From Geosiphon pyriformis uo1 (lineage: Eukaryota > Fungi > Glomeromycota), in assembly GCA_016748015.1 (NCBI GenBank), contig JAAOMT010000384.1, positions 62,001 to 126,000 on the forward strand: a stretch of 64,000 nucleotides of DNA. Direction: 5' to 3'. Shown here one piece after another: positions 46,200-58,959 of the stretch. The translations under genes were made by a program, and so were the position numbers. The notes beneath the pieces are model-generated. The model was given only the letters and a program-made list of their open reading frames with translations, ran no database searches and was not told the origin of the DNA. Numbering within the stretch: the stretch's first letter is position 1; every line of letters begins with the position of its first letter.

Positions 46200-48339
46200 G
46201 TTTTAATTATTTAGTATAATAAATTCAAATTGTTTCTGCTTAATTATAAAACCACTGTTGGCCCTAATATTGCTGTTATGAAAAAGTTTGTTAAAAATTC
46301 TAGCTTCAGTGCTAATGTTAAACTTACTATGTTTAGAAAAAAAAGAAGAGATGGTGTTTTGTAAGATAATATTAGCAACAAAAAAGTGTTTGCCAAAGAA
46401 TTAAGTAGTTGCTCTTGAAGTTTGAAAACTAATAACTTTACTAAATCTAATAGTGTTAACATAAATACAGAGTGTTTGGTTGAAGAAACCAGTATTGACT
46501 ATAATAAGAGTAATATTTTTGCTGAAGTAGATTTTAACCAAACACCAAAAAATTTGCAGATAAAAACTAAGAAAGCTTTGAGTAAACCATTAAAGAAAAT
46601 CAATTTCTTTAATAATAATAATAATAATATTCTTTTAGATGCTCCTTTGGTGCTCTCTCCCTCTCAAGAATCTGGTTAATGTTTCTGTCAAAAAGTTTTT
46701 TGCTTTAGATATTGGATTAGATAGAGTTGCTAAAAAAACATCTTAGAGAAAATATGTAATAATTAGAAAACTGTTTTCAGAAATCAATGGTTTTGGAAGA
46801 GTGTTAATCCTCTTAAAATTTGCTAAAATCATTTATGCTTTTTTTATGTCTAAATTGAATTTAGCACAGGCTACAAAAAAAGCAAAAACTACAAATGTTT
46901 TAGTAAACACTAATCTCAAGAAATTTATTAAGTATTTAAATTGGACTGTGGTAGTTAAGAAAATTCTAATTGGAATATTAACTAAGACTGTGTGTACTAT
47001 ATTATCTGAGTTTGAAATAATTAGGTTGATTAAAATATAATTGATGAAAATATAGCAAAAGACTATAGTAAAGTTTGAGCAAATAGAACATATTAATTTG
47101 GTTACAATGAAATAGTCTATTTTGATTAGAAAAAATGCTGTACATGTGATAAAAACTGATAAAAACAAAGATTTATGGAATGCAAAAAACTATAATAATG
47201 CACTGTTCTATATATTGCTAATAAGAACAAATGCTCATGATATCTGGAATTTTATTAGTTTAATTAATAAGAAAACATGTATTATTAATCAATATCCAGT
47301 TATATGCATCTGATCCAAATATGCTGTTGTTTGCTTTAATTCTGCTGAATCACTTGATGTTATCATAAAAACCATACCAGTACTAAGAAGCACTAATCTG
47401 TGCTGGTCTTGTCTAAATTCTGCTAAGTGTACAAAGTATAGGAATATGAATTATATATTATTAAGCTGTTCTGTAGGTAAGAATTTTTTCTTTGGTAATT
47501 CACTTCACAAAATATTGTCAAACACAGATAAAAGCAGATTGATAATCATCTATGCCAAATGTTTGGCTCTTATTGCTTATTTGGTTGTTTTTAATGTCTT
47601 TTAAGTAAAAATTGTTAGTAAATCTTTTTTTTCTCTTTTTGTGCATAATAATTTGTTAAATTCTGGCTTCTTTTCAGAGATGAAATCTATTCTATTAGTG
47701 TCTAAAGAAATGAATAATAGGTTTATTACTCTTGAACACAGTTACCAGCCTTATAGAGCAGATTAGTAAGTTGGCTAAAAAGTTAAATGCACTTGAGCCA
47801 ATAATTTTTTAGCTTAACTCTAAATATTAACTATTAGTAATCTCTTTATTATAGAATCAAGAAATAGATATAGTGATAAGTGAGGATTTAAGGGTGGTCA
47901 CTAGTAGTAGAACTGTTGCAAAAGCAGTGGTTTTTGATCTAATGGTTGTTTCAAAACTGAAAAAAAACATAAACAATTTGTTAGTCATGATTATAGACTT
48001 GACAGCCAAAGTAAACAATATTGGTTTAGGTTTTAATACTTGTTTTTCTTAATAACTGATCTTATTTAGAAGGTAGCTATGTGCAATATTAGAAATATAA
48101 ACAATTTTGTTAAGCAAGTAGATATTATTTATTGACACAAAGATATAAACAATTTGATTTTAATTGTTATTGAAACAAAATTGAAAAGGAGAATCTGTTC
48201 ATAGATTGTTGATAAATTTGATGATGTTTATGTGTTTATTTCTGGTCTGAACTCTAGTTACTTGGGTTTTGGTGTTGTGATTGTTATAAATGTTACTCTA
48301 ACAAAGCATATGTAAAAAGTTTTTGAGATAACTGGCCGA
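46200..48339 (+). mobile_element. Second LINE copy, 5' part (ORF1 plus start of APE), interrupted by Gypsy B
   Basis: Collinear with ~400-2335 (KFFALDI, INGFG; ORF2 start TDLI*KVAMCNIRNIN at ~48050). 5' boundary approximate. Confidence 0.85.
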
Positions 48340-49013
48340 TATTACGGGATGGTTTTCTTGTTATATTTAATTGCTGATATCCCGCTTTAATTGCAATCAG
48401 TCTTTCGTGAGTTCCTCAATTCTATTTGTGTGATAATGTCACTGTTACACTGAAGGCTTTCTTTTTACTGTTGTGATGTAAGTTATTCTTTAATTCTTGA
48501 TTGTTGTGTATGTTTATGTACTCCTTCTCAAAGGCTGAACTGAAATCTATCCACTGTCTGGGGTCTTCTCTGAGGCTATCCTTGCAATTGCCTGATGTGT
48601 TTCTCTAATCTAGAAACACAGAATGTTAATGGTCTTTAGTGCTTTTCTAATTCTCACAATAAAGCTTTTATCAATTAGTAACAACATGAATAATCTTGAT
48701 CAAGGATTATTCTTCCAAGAGATTCAGTTGATGAATGATAGTTTTATTCAATAAATAATACAAGTAAGTTTCTTAATACTTTGGGTTGTGATAGTTCCGT
48801 TTTAAATATTCTTTTTCATTTCTTTTTGATTTTTAAAGGTTTCTTGGGATATTTAATTTGAAAGTNNNNNNNNNNNNNNNNNNNNTTTCTAAGATTATTA
48901 CTGTGCTATATTATGATTGAATAGTTTGTATTATTTTTATGATTCTTTTTGCTAAATTCTTAAACCGTAACATTATCCCCTCCTTTCAAGATTGAGCTCC
49001 ATCGAAATCGAAG

Positions 49014-49581
49014 TTAATTTCTTCATTAAATTCTAAGTTACTATAGTGGTTCAATACTGTGTTATTAATTTGTTGTTGTAATTCTTGAAATTGCGAGTTG
49101 GTAAGTCAACTAGAGTGTTTGACAAAACAACTATCCAACTATTAGAACCTTTCATTGGAAAAACCAACACTACATTCCATTCAAAAACAGTTTACAGAAT
49201 TTTCAAAGCATTTGAAAACTGTCACAAATTATTGTTGGACCCAACCATGAACATAATAACAACCAACAGTATTGGACGAGTCTTTTGAGTATAATGTTTG
49301 TATGTTCAAGTGCTTTCCTAGTTGATAATAACAGTAATTAATTGGGAATTTCGTTTTCAAGTTGCTAAATGTGTCTGGTGTTAATTCACTTATTTCTATT
49401 TCTTCCATTATTAATGTATTGCCCAATGCTATCTCTAATTTTTCAATAACTTTGCTAATAAATTTGGTGTTATATTTGGCAATATTATATGGTTCGAAAT
49501 TATGTTCTTTTCTTGTTTTTGGATTTTCTATTGTTCTTTTGATGTATGTTATTTTGGAGCTATTAACTGTGATTTCTAGAT
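49014..49581 (-). pseudogene. Accessory ORF between integrase and PPT of Gypsy B (5' end in an N gap)
   Basis: About 115 open codons, then a continuation interrupted by five stops that can each be reverted by one transition. No pol motif recognised. Confidence 0.55.
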
Positions 49582-51867
49582 CGGATTTTAATTGTTGTAA
49601 GNNNNNNNNNNNNNNNNNNNNNNNNNNNNNNNNNNNNNNNNNNNNNNNNNNNNNNNNNNNNNNNNNNNNNNNNNNNNNNNNNNNNNNNNNNNNNNNNNNN
49701 NNNNNNNNNNNNNNNNNNNNNNNNNNNNNNNNNNNTTTTCTTCCATAAACTAGTTCGAACGGTGTGAATTGTGTAGTATCTTGTTTTACTGTTCTATATG
49801 CTAGTAGTAATGCTGGTATGAACAAATTCCATTCTTTTTCATGTTTGTTACTAATTTTCGCCAGTGATTCGCATAATGTGCGATTAAATCTTTCAACTAA
49901 TCCATTTGTTTGAGGGTGGTATGGTGATGACAGTGGTCGCTTGATTCCAAATTTTTGGCTAAGTTCTTTTAAGGTGCTGTTTACGAAGTGTGTGCCTTGA
50001 TCTGATAGCAATTCTTGTGGACATCCATGTCGGCAAATTAAGTCTTCATGTACAAATTGAGCTATAGAAATAGCATCAGCTGTTTTAATAGCTCTAGCTT
50101 CTGGCCATTTGGTGAGATAGTCCATGGCTACTGCAATATAACGGTTGTTTCTTGTTGTTATTGGTAAGGGTCCAACTAAATCAATTCCGATTCTGTCAAA
50201 TGGCTGTCCAACTTTTATTGGTCTTAATAATTCCGTTGTTTTTGCTCCTCCTCTTCGTTAGCATGGGTCACAATTTCTTATGTATTGGATTATGTCTGAG
50301 CTCATTTTTGGCCAATAGTAANNNNNNNNNNNNNNNNNNNNTTCTTAATATTTTATCATCTAGTCTTAGCTTGTATGCTCCATTTCCAAGTATTTCGTGA
50401 ATATAAAATGGTCCATCCCACTTGTGATCAAATTTTCTACTCCACTGTTTTTCCATTTTTGTACGATGCAACAATACTTTATCTCCAATTTTGTAGCTAA
50501 TTATATTATCTGGTAACTGGTTATCATGTCTCATTTTTTGTTGTTCTTGTGATTGTTCAATATTTTGTGCTGCTTTTCTTCTTTTGTTTTCTAAAGTTCC
50601 TATTAATTCGTATGTTCTTCTAAGTAGTGTTTCCTGGAATGTTGCTTCCGTGATAGTGTCACTCGGATAAGTTGGAATAGTAAGTTCAACGGGTAATNNN
50701 NNNNNNNNNNNNNNNNNATTATTGGTGATTCAATGAGCTTTTGTCTAAGGTACTCAAAAGCTTTTTGTTGTGCTTCAGTCCATTCAAACTTCACATTTTT
50801 AGATAGTAGGTAATTAAGGGGTTTGGCGATGTTTGAAAAGTTTTCTACAAAGCAGTGGTAGTAAGATACGAGTTCTAAAAAGCTTCTAACTTCTGAGACG
50901 TTTCGAGGTACTGGAAAATTTTTCACTTTGTCTATTTTTGATGGATCTGGTTTTATTCCATCTTTTCCAACTACGTGTCCTAAAAATGCTAGCTCATTTT
51001 TCCCAAAGAAACATTTTTCTAGATTTAGTTTAAGTCCAGCGTGTCTCAATCTCTCAAAAACTTGTTGTAAATGTTGGAGATGATCTGTGAATTTTGACGA
51101 GAAAACATTTGTATCATCCAAGTAGACAACAACGGATTGCCACAGGATTCTGGAGTAAATTACGTCNNNNNNNNNNNNNNNNNNNNCCATGGGCTCATTG
51201 ATGGTTGTATTATTCCTTTTTCCAACATGCTTTGGACTTCTTCTCTGATAAAATTATGCTCCATTGGTGGGACACAGTAAGCGCGTTGTTTTTCAGGTCT
51301 GGCGTCTCCAGTGGGGATTTGGTGTTGAACCAAGTTGGTTCTTCCAAATTCGCCATTTCTTGAAAATATATTAGAGTATTTTAAAATTAATGCTTTTAAT
51401 TGTCGCTGTTGGTTGGGATCCATTGTTCCAATGTTTAATTTGGCCAATTTTTCTGGTGTAAATTGATAGCATTCTACTGGTTGTTGCCAATTTATTGAAG
51501 TGAGTTCACAGTAGAGGGCGATTTCTGGGAAATTTAGAATTTTTTGTGGTGTTGACGCGTTTTCTAGCTCCGTTCCGAGGTATCCAATGATGGTATCTTC
51601 CGGAATGTAGACGGGTTCTTTTGTAGTGTTTGCGATAGGAATTTTTATCTATTGAGCTTTATCAGCTGGAATAAAAAGGTTAGTAAGTCCTATGAGAAAC
51701 TGTTGGCAAGTTTCTGGGTAGGGCTCAAATATTAGGTCTTTTTCTTTAATTGTCCTTTTTATTCTTATTTCTGATTTTCCATATGGTAGGAGCGTGATGG
51801 ACCACTCATTTTTAATTACTTCGCCTTTTTCCCCTATTGTTTCAGCGAAATTTGCTTCAATTTCTTT

Positions 51868-52270
51868 TCCTGTCGATCCGAAACCAAAAGTTCCTCTTGT
51901 TGTTTGTGACAATTTCTCACAATTTTCCACTGACATGAATTTCCCAATTTTTACCAATGGTAGGAAAATTGCTTGTGCAATCTTTTCCTTAGATTCAATG
52001 GTATAAGGCTTTTCTGAATTGTTCTGTAGCAAAACCATCAAATTTCCAGTGTATTCGGAGTCAATTACTCCTCCTTGAACGCTTATTCCTTTTTTTGCGA
52101 GGCTTGATCGCGACGCCATTTGAACCATTATTTCTGGTGGAATTTCAACTGCTATTTTTAGGTCGATTTTGGTGATGCTCCTAGGTGGTAATGTTGTGGA
52201 TTGGTCTTCCAGATAACGTAGATCAAATCCAGCATCGGTTGGATGGGCTCTTTTGGGTATTATTCCTAAG
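51868..52270 (-). CDS. dUTPase domain within Gypsy B pol
   Basis: All five trimeric dUTPase motifs are recognisable: DAGFDL, ASRSSLA, GGVIDSEYTG, KIAQAI, RGTFGFGSTG. Confidence 0.92.
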
Positions 52271-55200
52271 TGCCCATTGTCGAAGTATCGGATGTCGGTC
52301 ACCTGTTCTAGGTCGGTATAGGCTACAAATTTTTCTGACTCGGGACTGTCAGGTAAGTCTTGTTGATTTATTGATTGATTTTGAGACTGCTGATTCTCAA
52401 TTTCCATTTTTCTTTCTAAGTCCCTTTCGTCTTGACACTCTTCACAGCACTGACTTTGGCATGGGATGAGACAGTTTTCGCAGAGGTAAGTGTTGATTTG
52501 GGCGAGGTATTGTTCTTGCTNNNNNNNNNNNNNNNNNNNNATTTTTCTAGATTTAGTTTAAGTCCAGCGTGTCTCAATCTCTCAAAAACTTGTTGTAAAT
52601 GTTGGAGATGATCTGTGAATTTTGACGAGAAAACATTTGTATCATCCAAGTAGACAACAACGGATTGCCACAGGATTCTGGAGTAAATTACGTCCATTAG
52701 TCTTTGGAATGTCGCGGGAGTGTTTGTTAATCCAAATGGCATTACATTGAACTCATAATTGCCATTTTGTGTTGTGAATGCTGTTTTATGCCTGTCCTTT
52801 GGGTCCATTTCCACTTGCCAGTACCTACTGGTCAAGTCCAGTGTAGAAAACCATTTTGCTCCTCCAAAAACATTGAAGATTTCGTCAATTAACGGTATTG
52901 GGTATGAGTCTTTGGTTGTTTTGCTGTTTAGTTTGCGATAGTCAACACAAAATCTAATTTTTCCGTTCTTTTTCCTTACTAAAACAACTCGTGAGGACCA
53001 TGGGCTCATTGATGGTTGTATTATTCCTTTTTCCAACATGCTTTGGACTTCTTCTCTGATAAAATTATGCTCCATTGGTGGGACACAGTAAGCGCGTTGT
53101 TTTTCAGGTCTGGCGTCTCCAGTGGGGATTTGGTGTTGAACCAAGTTGGTTCTTCCAAATTCGCCATTTCTTGAAAATATATTAGAGTATTTTAAAATTA
53201 ATGCTTTTAATTGTCGCTGTTGGTCGGGATCCATTGTTCCAATGTTTAATTTGGCCAATTCTTCTGGCGTAAATTGATAGCATTCTACCGGTTGTTGCCA
53301 ATTTATTGAAGTGAGTTCACAGTAGAGGGCGATTTCTGGGAAATTTAGAATTTTTTGTGGTGTTGACGCGTTTTCTAGCTCTGTTCCGAGGTATCCAATG
53401 ATGGTATCTTCCGGAANNNNNNNNNNNNNNNNNNNNCTCTTCACAGCACTGACTTTGGCATGGGATGAGACAGTTTTCGCAGAGGTAAGTGTTGATTTGG
53501 GCGAGGTATTGTTCTTGCTCTTGTTGAATGGGGCATAGTTGTTGGTAGTAGTCCTGGAATTCGTCCACTGGGTCGAACATGTTGTAGCTGGTGACTTCGT
53601 CGGCTACTTCGGCTGACTCTTTCCAACGTCATATTTCTTCGGCGGTTCCTCCTCTTACTTTGGCTTGTGTGGTGTTGTACAACTCGTCCTCGTCGTGTGG
53701 GTAGTGCTGTAGTCTTTTTAACGCTCTGTTGAACGCTGCTTCGAATGGCATTCCTCCTCTTATCCAGTCACAGATGAGGATCATGTATTGGCAAGTTGTG
53801 TCACATGTTCCTCCTCTGCCTGGTAAGTTGTTCCAGTCACACCCTCTTGGTAATGGTTCTCCACAAGTGAGGCACGGTTCCTCGTCCCATTTTCCATGTC
53901 TTTCTGGGTAACCGTATTTTTCTTTGTTACAACGGTTACAATAGTAGTGGGTGGGGTTTCTTGGGTCTTCGTCTGGTGCGCTGCATGCAGTCATAGACGA
54001 GAGTTTCTTCTTGCAAACCGAGCATTCTAGCTTTGGTCTGCATCGCTGGTGGTTTCTTTGTGAACTTACCTGGTTCCATTCGGATCTTTCTTTGCTGGTC
54101 CACGTTGGTACGGCTGGTAGTCCTGTTCTTTAGTCATCAGCCCAAGAGAGCTAATAGGTTTCGATGGCTGGTAGTGCTGGATTTTCCTCAAATTCGAAGG
54201 TAGGTCTTTGGTTGGCGCTGGGTTTTTGGAAGTGGCCACAGGTGGCTGGAATTTTGGCCTGGTGGCCATTATAATTGATCAGAAGCTCTTGGGTGGTCCA
54301 GTCTAGGGTGGCGTTGGCTTTTGTTAGCCAGTCATTCCCTACTAATGCTTGATATTGTGTAGCGTCCATTACTAATACTTTTGTAGGTATTACTATGCCA
54401 TTAATTTCGAAAGGGAATGAGTCGATTTCGCCATAAGGCAGCTTTGTACTTCCATCGGCTGTTATGATTTGGGACGTCGCGGCACGATCAACTTTGAAAC
54501 CCAGTTGGTTTACTAGTTGAAGCGTTATGATGCTTCCAGCGGATCCACTGTCTAAGATAAGTTTGATTGGGGTATTGTTTACAGTGGCTTCCGTATACAT
54601 AGCAGTAATTGGGCGTTTTTCGTCCAATGCTGCTCCACTGAACATAGCCTCGTTTTCCTCTAATTCAAAAGGAAAAATAGCTGCAAGGCTGCTATCTTCG
54701 GTGGTAACTGCTGGTGGTATTGTCTGGCTCAATTTGGAGAAATTCTTGGTTCTGTTTATGTTTCTACCGTCATTGTTTCCGATGATCAGGTTTTCCGGTA
54801 TATTAAGGTAAGTTTGTTGATAATTTTGGTAGTTTGGATTGGTTTGCTGATNNNNNNNNNNNNNNNNNNNNTTTACTAGTTGAAGCGTTATGATGCTTCC
54901 AGCGGATCCACTGTCTAAGATAAGTTTGATTGGGGTATTGTTTACAGTGGCTTCCGTATACATAGCAGTAATTGGGCGTTTTTCGTCCAATGCTGCTCCA
55001 CTGAACATAGCCTCGTTTTCCTCTAATTCAAAAGGAAAAATAGCTGCAAGGCTGCTATCTTCGGTGGTAACTGCTGGTGGTATTGTCTGGCTCAATTTGG
55101 AGGAATTCTTGGTTCTGTTTATGTTTCTACCGTCATTGTTTCCGATGATCAGGTTTTCCGGTATATTAAGGTAAGTTTGTTGATAATTTTGGTAGTTTGG

Positions 55201-57787
55201 ATTGGTTTGCTGATTGGTTCCGGCGCGGTTTGGATTCCTCTGGACCAACGTGTTCTGGTTCTACATGGGCTGATTTCGGGCCTCAGGACGCCAATTCGGG
55301 TTGGCTATCATGGGCTGTTGCTGGTAAGCTCCTTGATTTTGATACGTGGTGGGATATTGGTGTGGTATTGGCGTGTACTGGTTTCTGGGCATTTGGGGTG
55401 GCGCGTAGTAATTATTTTCGCGTGCTTCCTGCATCATTCGCATTCGACATTGACTAATCAAATGTCCTATGCATTTGCAAAAATGGCAGGTGCGTGTTTC
55501 TGTTCTGAATTCCTGGCATGACGGGCGATTATTTCGACTGTCGCTGACTTCCTGGCTGCGTCTTTGGGGTGGTTGGTATGTATTTTTTCTCGGATCCGGG
55601 ATGAGGTAACTTTCTATTTTCTTAGAGAGTTCCTCCCCTAATCGCATTACTCTTTTCTCTAATGTTTCTGTCTTATTTTCCTCCATTACCATGTTAACCA
55701 TTTGACTATGGTTAGCTTCTTTCTCAGCCGATTCAAGAGCTCTGGCGAGCGTAACGGCTTCTGGTAAGGAATTAGGGTGGGCAGGGCATACTCTTCCTAA
55801 AATGCTGCTTTTTAATCCTCTAATAAACTGATTTAAAACCTGAGGATCAGTGTAGTATCCTTGTTCAATCGCTTCAATCTGATGGCGAATTTGATTGAAT
55901 CGAGCAAGGTATTGGGTGACAGTTTCACCGGTATTTTGCTTGATAGTATTGAATTCGTTCTGTAGTTGGATTACAGCATTTGGGTCGCTAAAATACTTCA
56001 GGAGTGCATTTTTAAATTCGGCGAAACTCGTGGGTTTTGTTTCCAGGCTTTGATACCACGAGTCGGCTGTGCCTTTCAGGAAGAAAGGTAATGTTTGAAT
56101 TGCTCTTTGGTCGTTCCAGTTATTTGCCTGGATAGCTTTTTGTGCTTCTTTGAGCCATGTGTACACGTCCATTTCTTCTTCCTCTCCTGAGAAATCTGTT
56201 AGTCTTGTAATGTATGGTGTGGTCATTTCGTTGCCATTTTCTGCTGGTGGGTTTATTGGTCTAAGAGGAGGTGGGATGATATTTCCTTGAGTGTTCCTAA
56301 AGGTGGCTTCCCTTATATCCGGTTCTTCCTCTTGATCACGAGTTTCTTGGTTTCTGGACTGGCTGCTTGTTCCAGTGACTGGTCTTGTGATTGTTTTTTC
56401 GCTGGTCTCTTTTTCGGATTCTGATTCAGACTCCTCTTCACGGTTTTCAAACCCCGTTCTAAATTTTGGCTGAAAAAGAGGGTTTTNNNNNNNNNNNNNN
56501 NNNNNNTTCCCTAGTGTTTCCTGTGGATATTGGAAAATTTTCGTTGGCGTATTGCTCAATTTCTCGATGGATTTTGACAATAGTTGCGGCTATTACTGCT
56601 ACTTCTTTTGTAGTGTATTGTGATAATTCTCTATACAATCCAAGTTTTGCATCGTGTGGTTCTTCTTCCTTTCCTATATGATAATTTATTCTGGCGTTGA
56701 TATAATAAGTGAGGGCAGATTCTGCTGGACAACACCCTTCTGGTAATCCAAGATCACTTTGATTTTGTGTGTAAATAGCACGGCAGAATTCAAGAACAGT
56801 AAGATTAGGGGTTTTTGTCACCACTTTTGTTTTTTCCTTTTTAGCAATAAATTATTGCTAATTATTATTTCCTTTTTGATTTTCTTTCCTCGTAGGGTTC
56901 ACTAAATGTTACAGGATGGTTTTCTTGTTATATTTAATTGCTGATATCCTGCTTTAATTGCAATCAGTCTTTCGTGAGTTCCTCAATTCTATTTGTGTGA
57001 TAATGTTACTGTTACACTGAAGGCTTTCTTTTTACTGTTGCGATGTAAGTTATTCTTTAATTCTTGATTGTTGTGTGTGTTTATGTACTCCTTNNNNNNN
57101 NNNNNNNNNNNNNCATAAGCGATTACACGTTCTCTTCCATTATCATCTTTTTGTGACAGAATGGCTCCAAGTCCAGTTCCAGAGGCATCTGTGGCCAAAA
57201 TGAATTTCTTGTTGAAATTTGGATAGATTATTATTGGTGATTCAATGAGCTTTTGTCTAAGGTACTCAAAAGCTTTTTGTTGTGCTTCAGTCCATTCAAA
57301 CTTCACATTTTTAGATAGTAGGTAATTAAGGGGTTTGGCGATGTTTGAAAAGTTTTCTACAAAGCAGTGGTAGTAAGATACGAGTTCTAAAAAGCTTCTA
57401 ACTTCTGAGACGTTTCGAGGTACTGGAAAATTTTTCACTTTGTCTATTTTTGATGGATCTGGTTTTATTCCATCTTTTCCAANNNNNNNNNNNNNNNNNN
57501 NNATTTTTATTACTTGATTGATTCTTTCCCAATATTAAAACTACTGTATATATACATGTTTGTAGTTCTACGAGAAAATACTTTCTTTTTGATATTTCAA
57601 CCTGGTGCTTGCTGCTATCACCAGTTGGTGTTGGCTGCTATTGTGAACTGGTGCTTGCCACTATCACGAGATGGTGTTTGCTACTATGTTAATCATTATC
57701 TTTCTAAGATTATTACTGTGCTATATTATGATTGAATAGTTTGTATTATTTTTATGATTCTTTTTGCTAAATTCTTAAACCGTAACA

Positions 57788-58959
57788 CCAACTTTTGTCT
57801 GTCAAGTTGCTTTTTAAAAATAAGATTTCTGTTTTGATTTGGGACTATATACTTAGTATATATTAAACATTGCCAGTAAATTTTTTTTAATCTATAATAT
57901 TTTGATTAACAATAACAAAACAGTGGTTATTTTTATTAATAAAAAGATTAAGGATGCTTCTTTAAAAATTAGCAAATTGCCTATTATAATTGCCAAAAAT
58001 AGTGTGCTATACAGATATTTGGGAATTTTTTTGTTTACTAATAGAATGTCTAGTTTCAGTTTGATCAAAACTTGATTTGACATTAGGTTTTTTTCTAATA
58101 TGGTATTAAGAAAGACTATCTTAGATAAGCAGTTTTTGTATTTGGTTTTGGTGGTTTTGCAATCTATTGTCAACTATTATTCACAGTTTAGTTTTATTTT
58201 TTTGGTGGTATGTTATTAATAGAATGTTTTAATCAGAAAGAGTTTTAAGCTAAAAACTGAACTGTTCCAAGATTTTTTAAGTGAGGCATTATATTATTCT
58301 TTTTTGTATAGTTTAAAAACATTTGAACAAATACAGGCAAAAAGAAAGATTGCTTCTGTTGTGGTTTTTGCAAATGTTTCTGGAATTCTTAGTCAGTTTT
58401 TTAAGCACAGATTTTTGGATCTACAGATTTTAGGTTGAACCTCTTTGAATTTCTTGCAGCATTCTGTAAGATTGTATATTAATTTTTTTAACAATTTTTT
58501 GGCTGGTGTGGTCTATATTTTTATAAACAATGGTTTTTTTTTGGCAAATAATTTACCTTGTGCATTTTGCAGTCTTAACAAATTTCTTATATTAAATGTC
58601 TTGAAGGTTTTATTGTATTATAAAAAAGTTGGTTTTTTGAAAAAATTTGGTGTGGTCTTTTGTAACAGATTTTTGGATAAAAGAAGTAAAATTATGAATT
58701 AGAAAACATTTTATTATTAAAAAAAATTGGATTTTAGAGAACTACTACTTTCTTAGTTTGTTTTAGTATCTAAATTTTTGTATAATAATAAGCTTATATT
58801 AGTCTTTTCTAGCTTAAGCTTTACTTCAGAAACCAGTAGTATTTTGTTGTTAAATCAGTTTTCAGCTTTAAAGAGTTATTTTCTTGAAGTCTGGTCAAAT
58901 AAGTTTAATGTTTATATAGATAGATTTTTGAAAGAGCTGGGTTTTTTTGTGGTGGCTAG
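57788..58959 (+). mobile_element. Second LINE copy, middle part (APE remnant fused by internal deletion to the post-RT region and RNase H start)
   Basis: Resumes LLSVKLLFKNK in register with 48339; at ~57855 it jumps to sequence homologous to ~4390 onward; ends VYIDRFLKELG (RNase H first motif) at Gypsy C. Confidence 0.83.

Larger units (their letters stand above)
48340..57787 (-). mobile_element. Ty3/Gypsy LTR retrotransposon B (less mutated, gap-ridden, internally mis-ordered assembly)
   Basis: LTRs 48340-48972 and 56907-57787; TSD CCGA/CCAA; PBS TAGTGAACCCTACG (56904 downward); PPT GAAAGGAGGGGATAA (48987-48973); gag CHFCKCIGHLISQC, PR LDSGS, five-motif dUTPase, RT YLDD, IN MDYLTKWPEA...SDQG...HPQTNGLVER. 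Confidence 0.93.

Noticed and set aside
49229-50125. 298-aa integrase fusion ORF in the track
   Set aside because: The ORF reads through a ~150-N gap, and the true integrase C-terminus lies on another contig piece (50342-50697).
50718-53417. Apparent duplicated RT and unusual RT-dUTPase-RT domain order
   Set aside because: The duplicated segments are all bounded by N gaps, and gap-free elements A and C show PR, Cys-rich domain, dUTPase in simple order (followed by RT in A).
54501-55210. Apparent tandem duplication of the protease region in Gypsy B
   Set aside because: The near-identical copies abut a 20-N gap, which is typical of scaffolding overlap rather than a real duplication.
57114-57482. 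RT/RNase H fragment inside the 5' LTR of B
   Set aside because: It is flanked by N gaps on both sides and largely duplicates 50718-50970; a misplaced contig.
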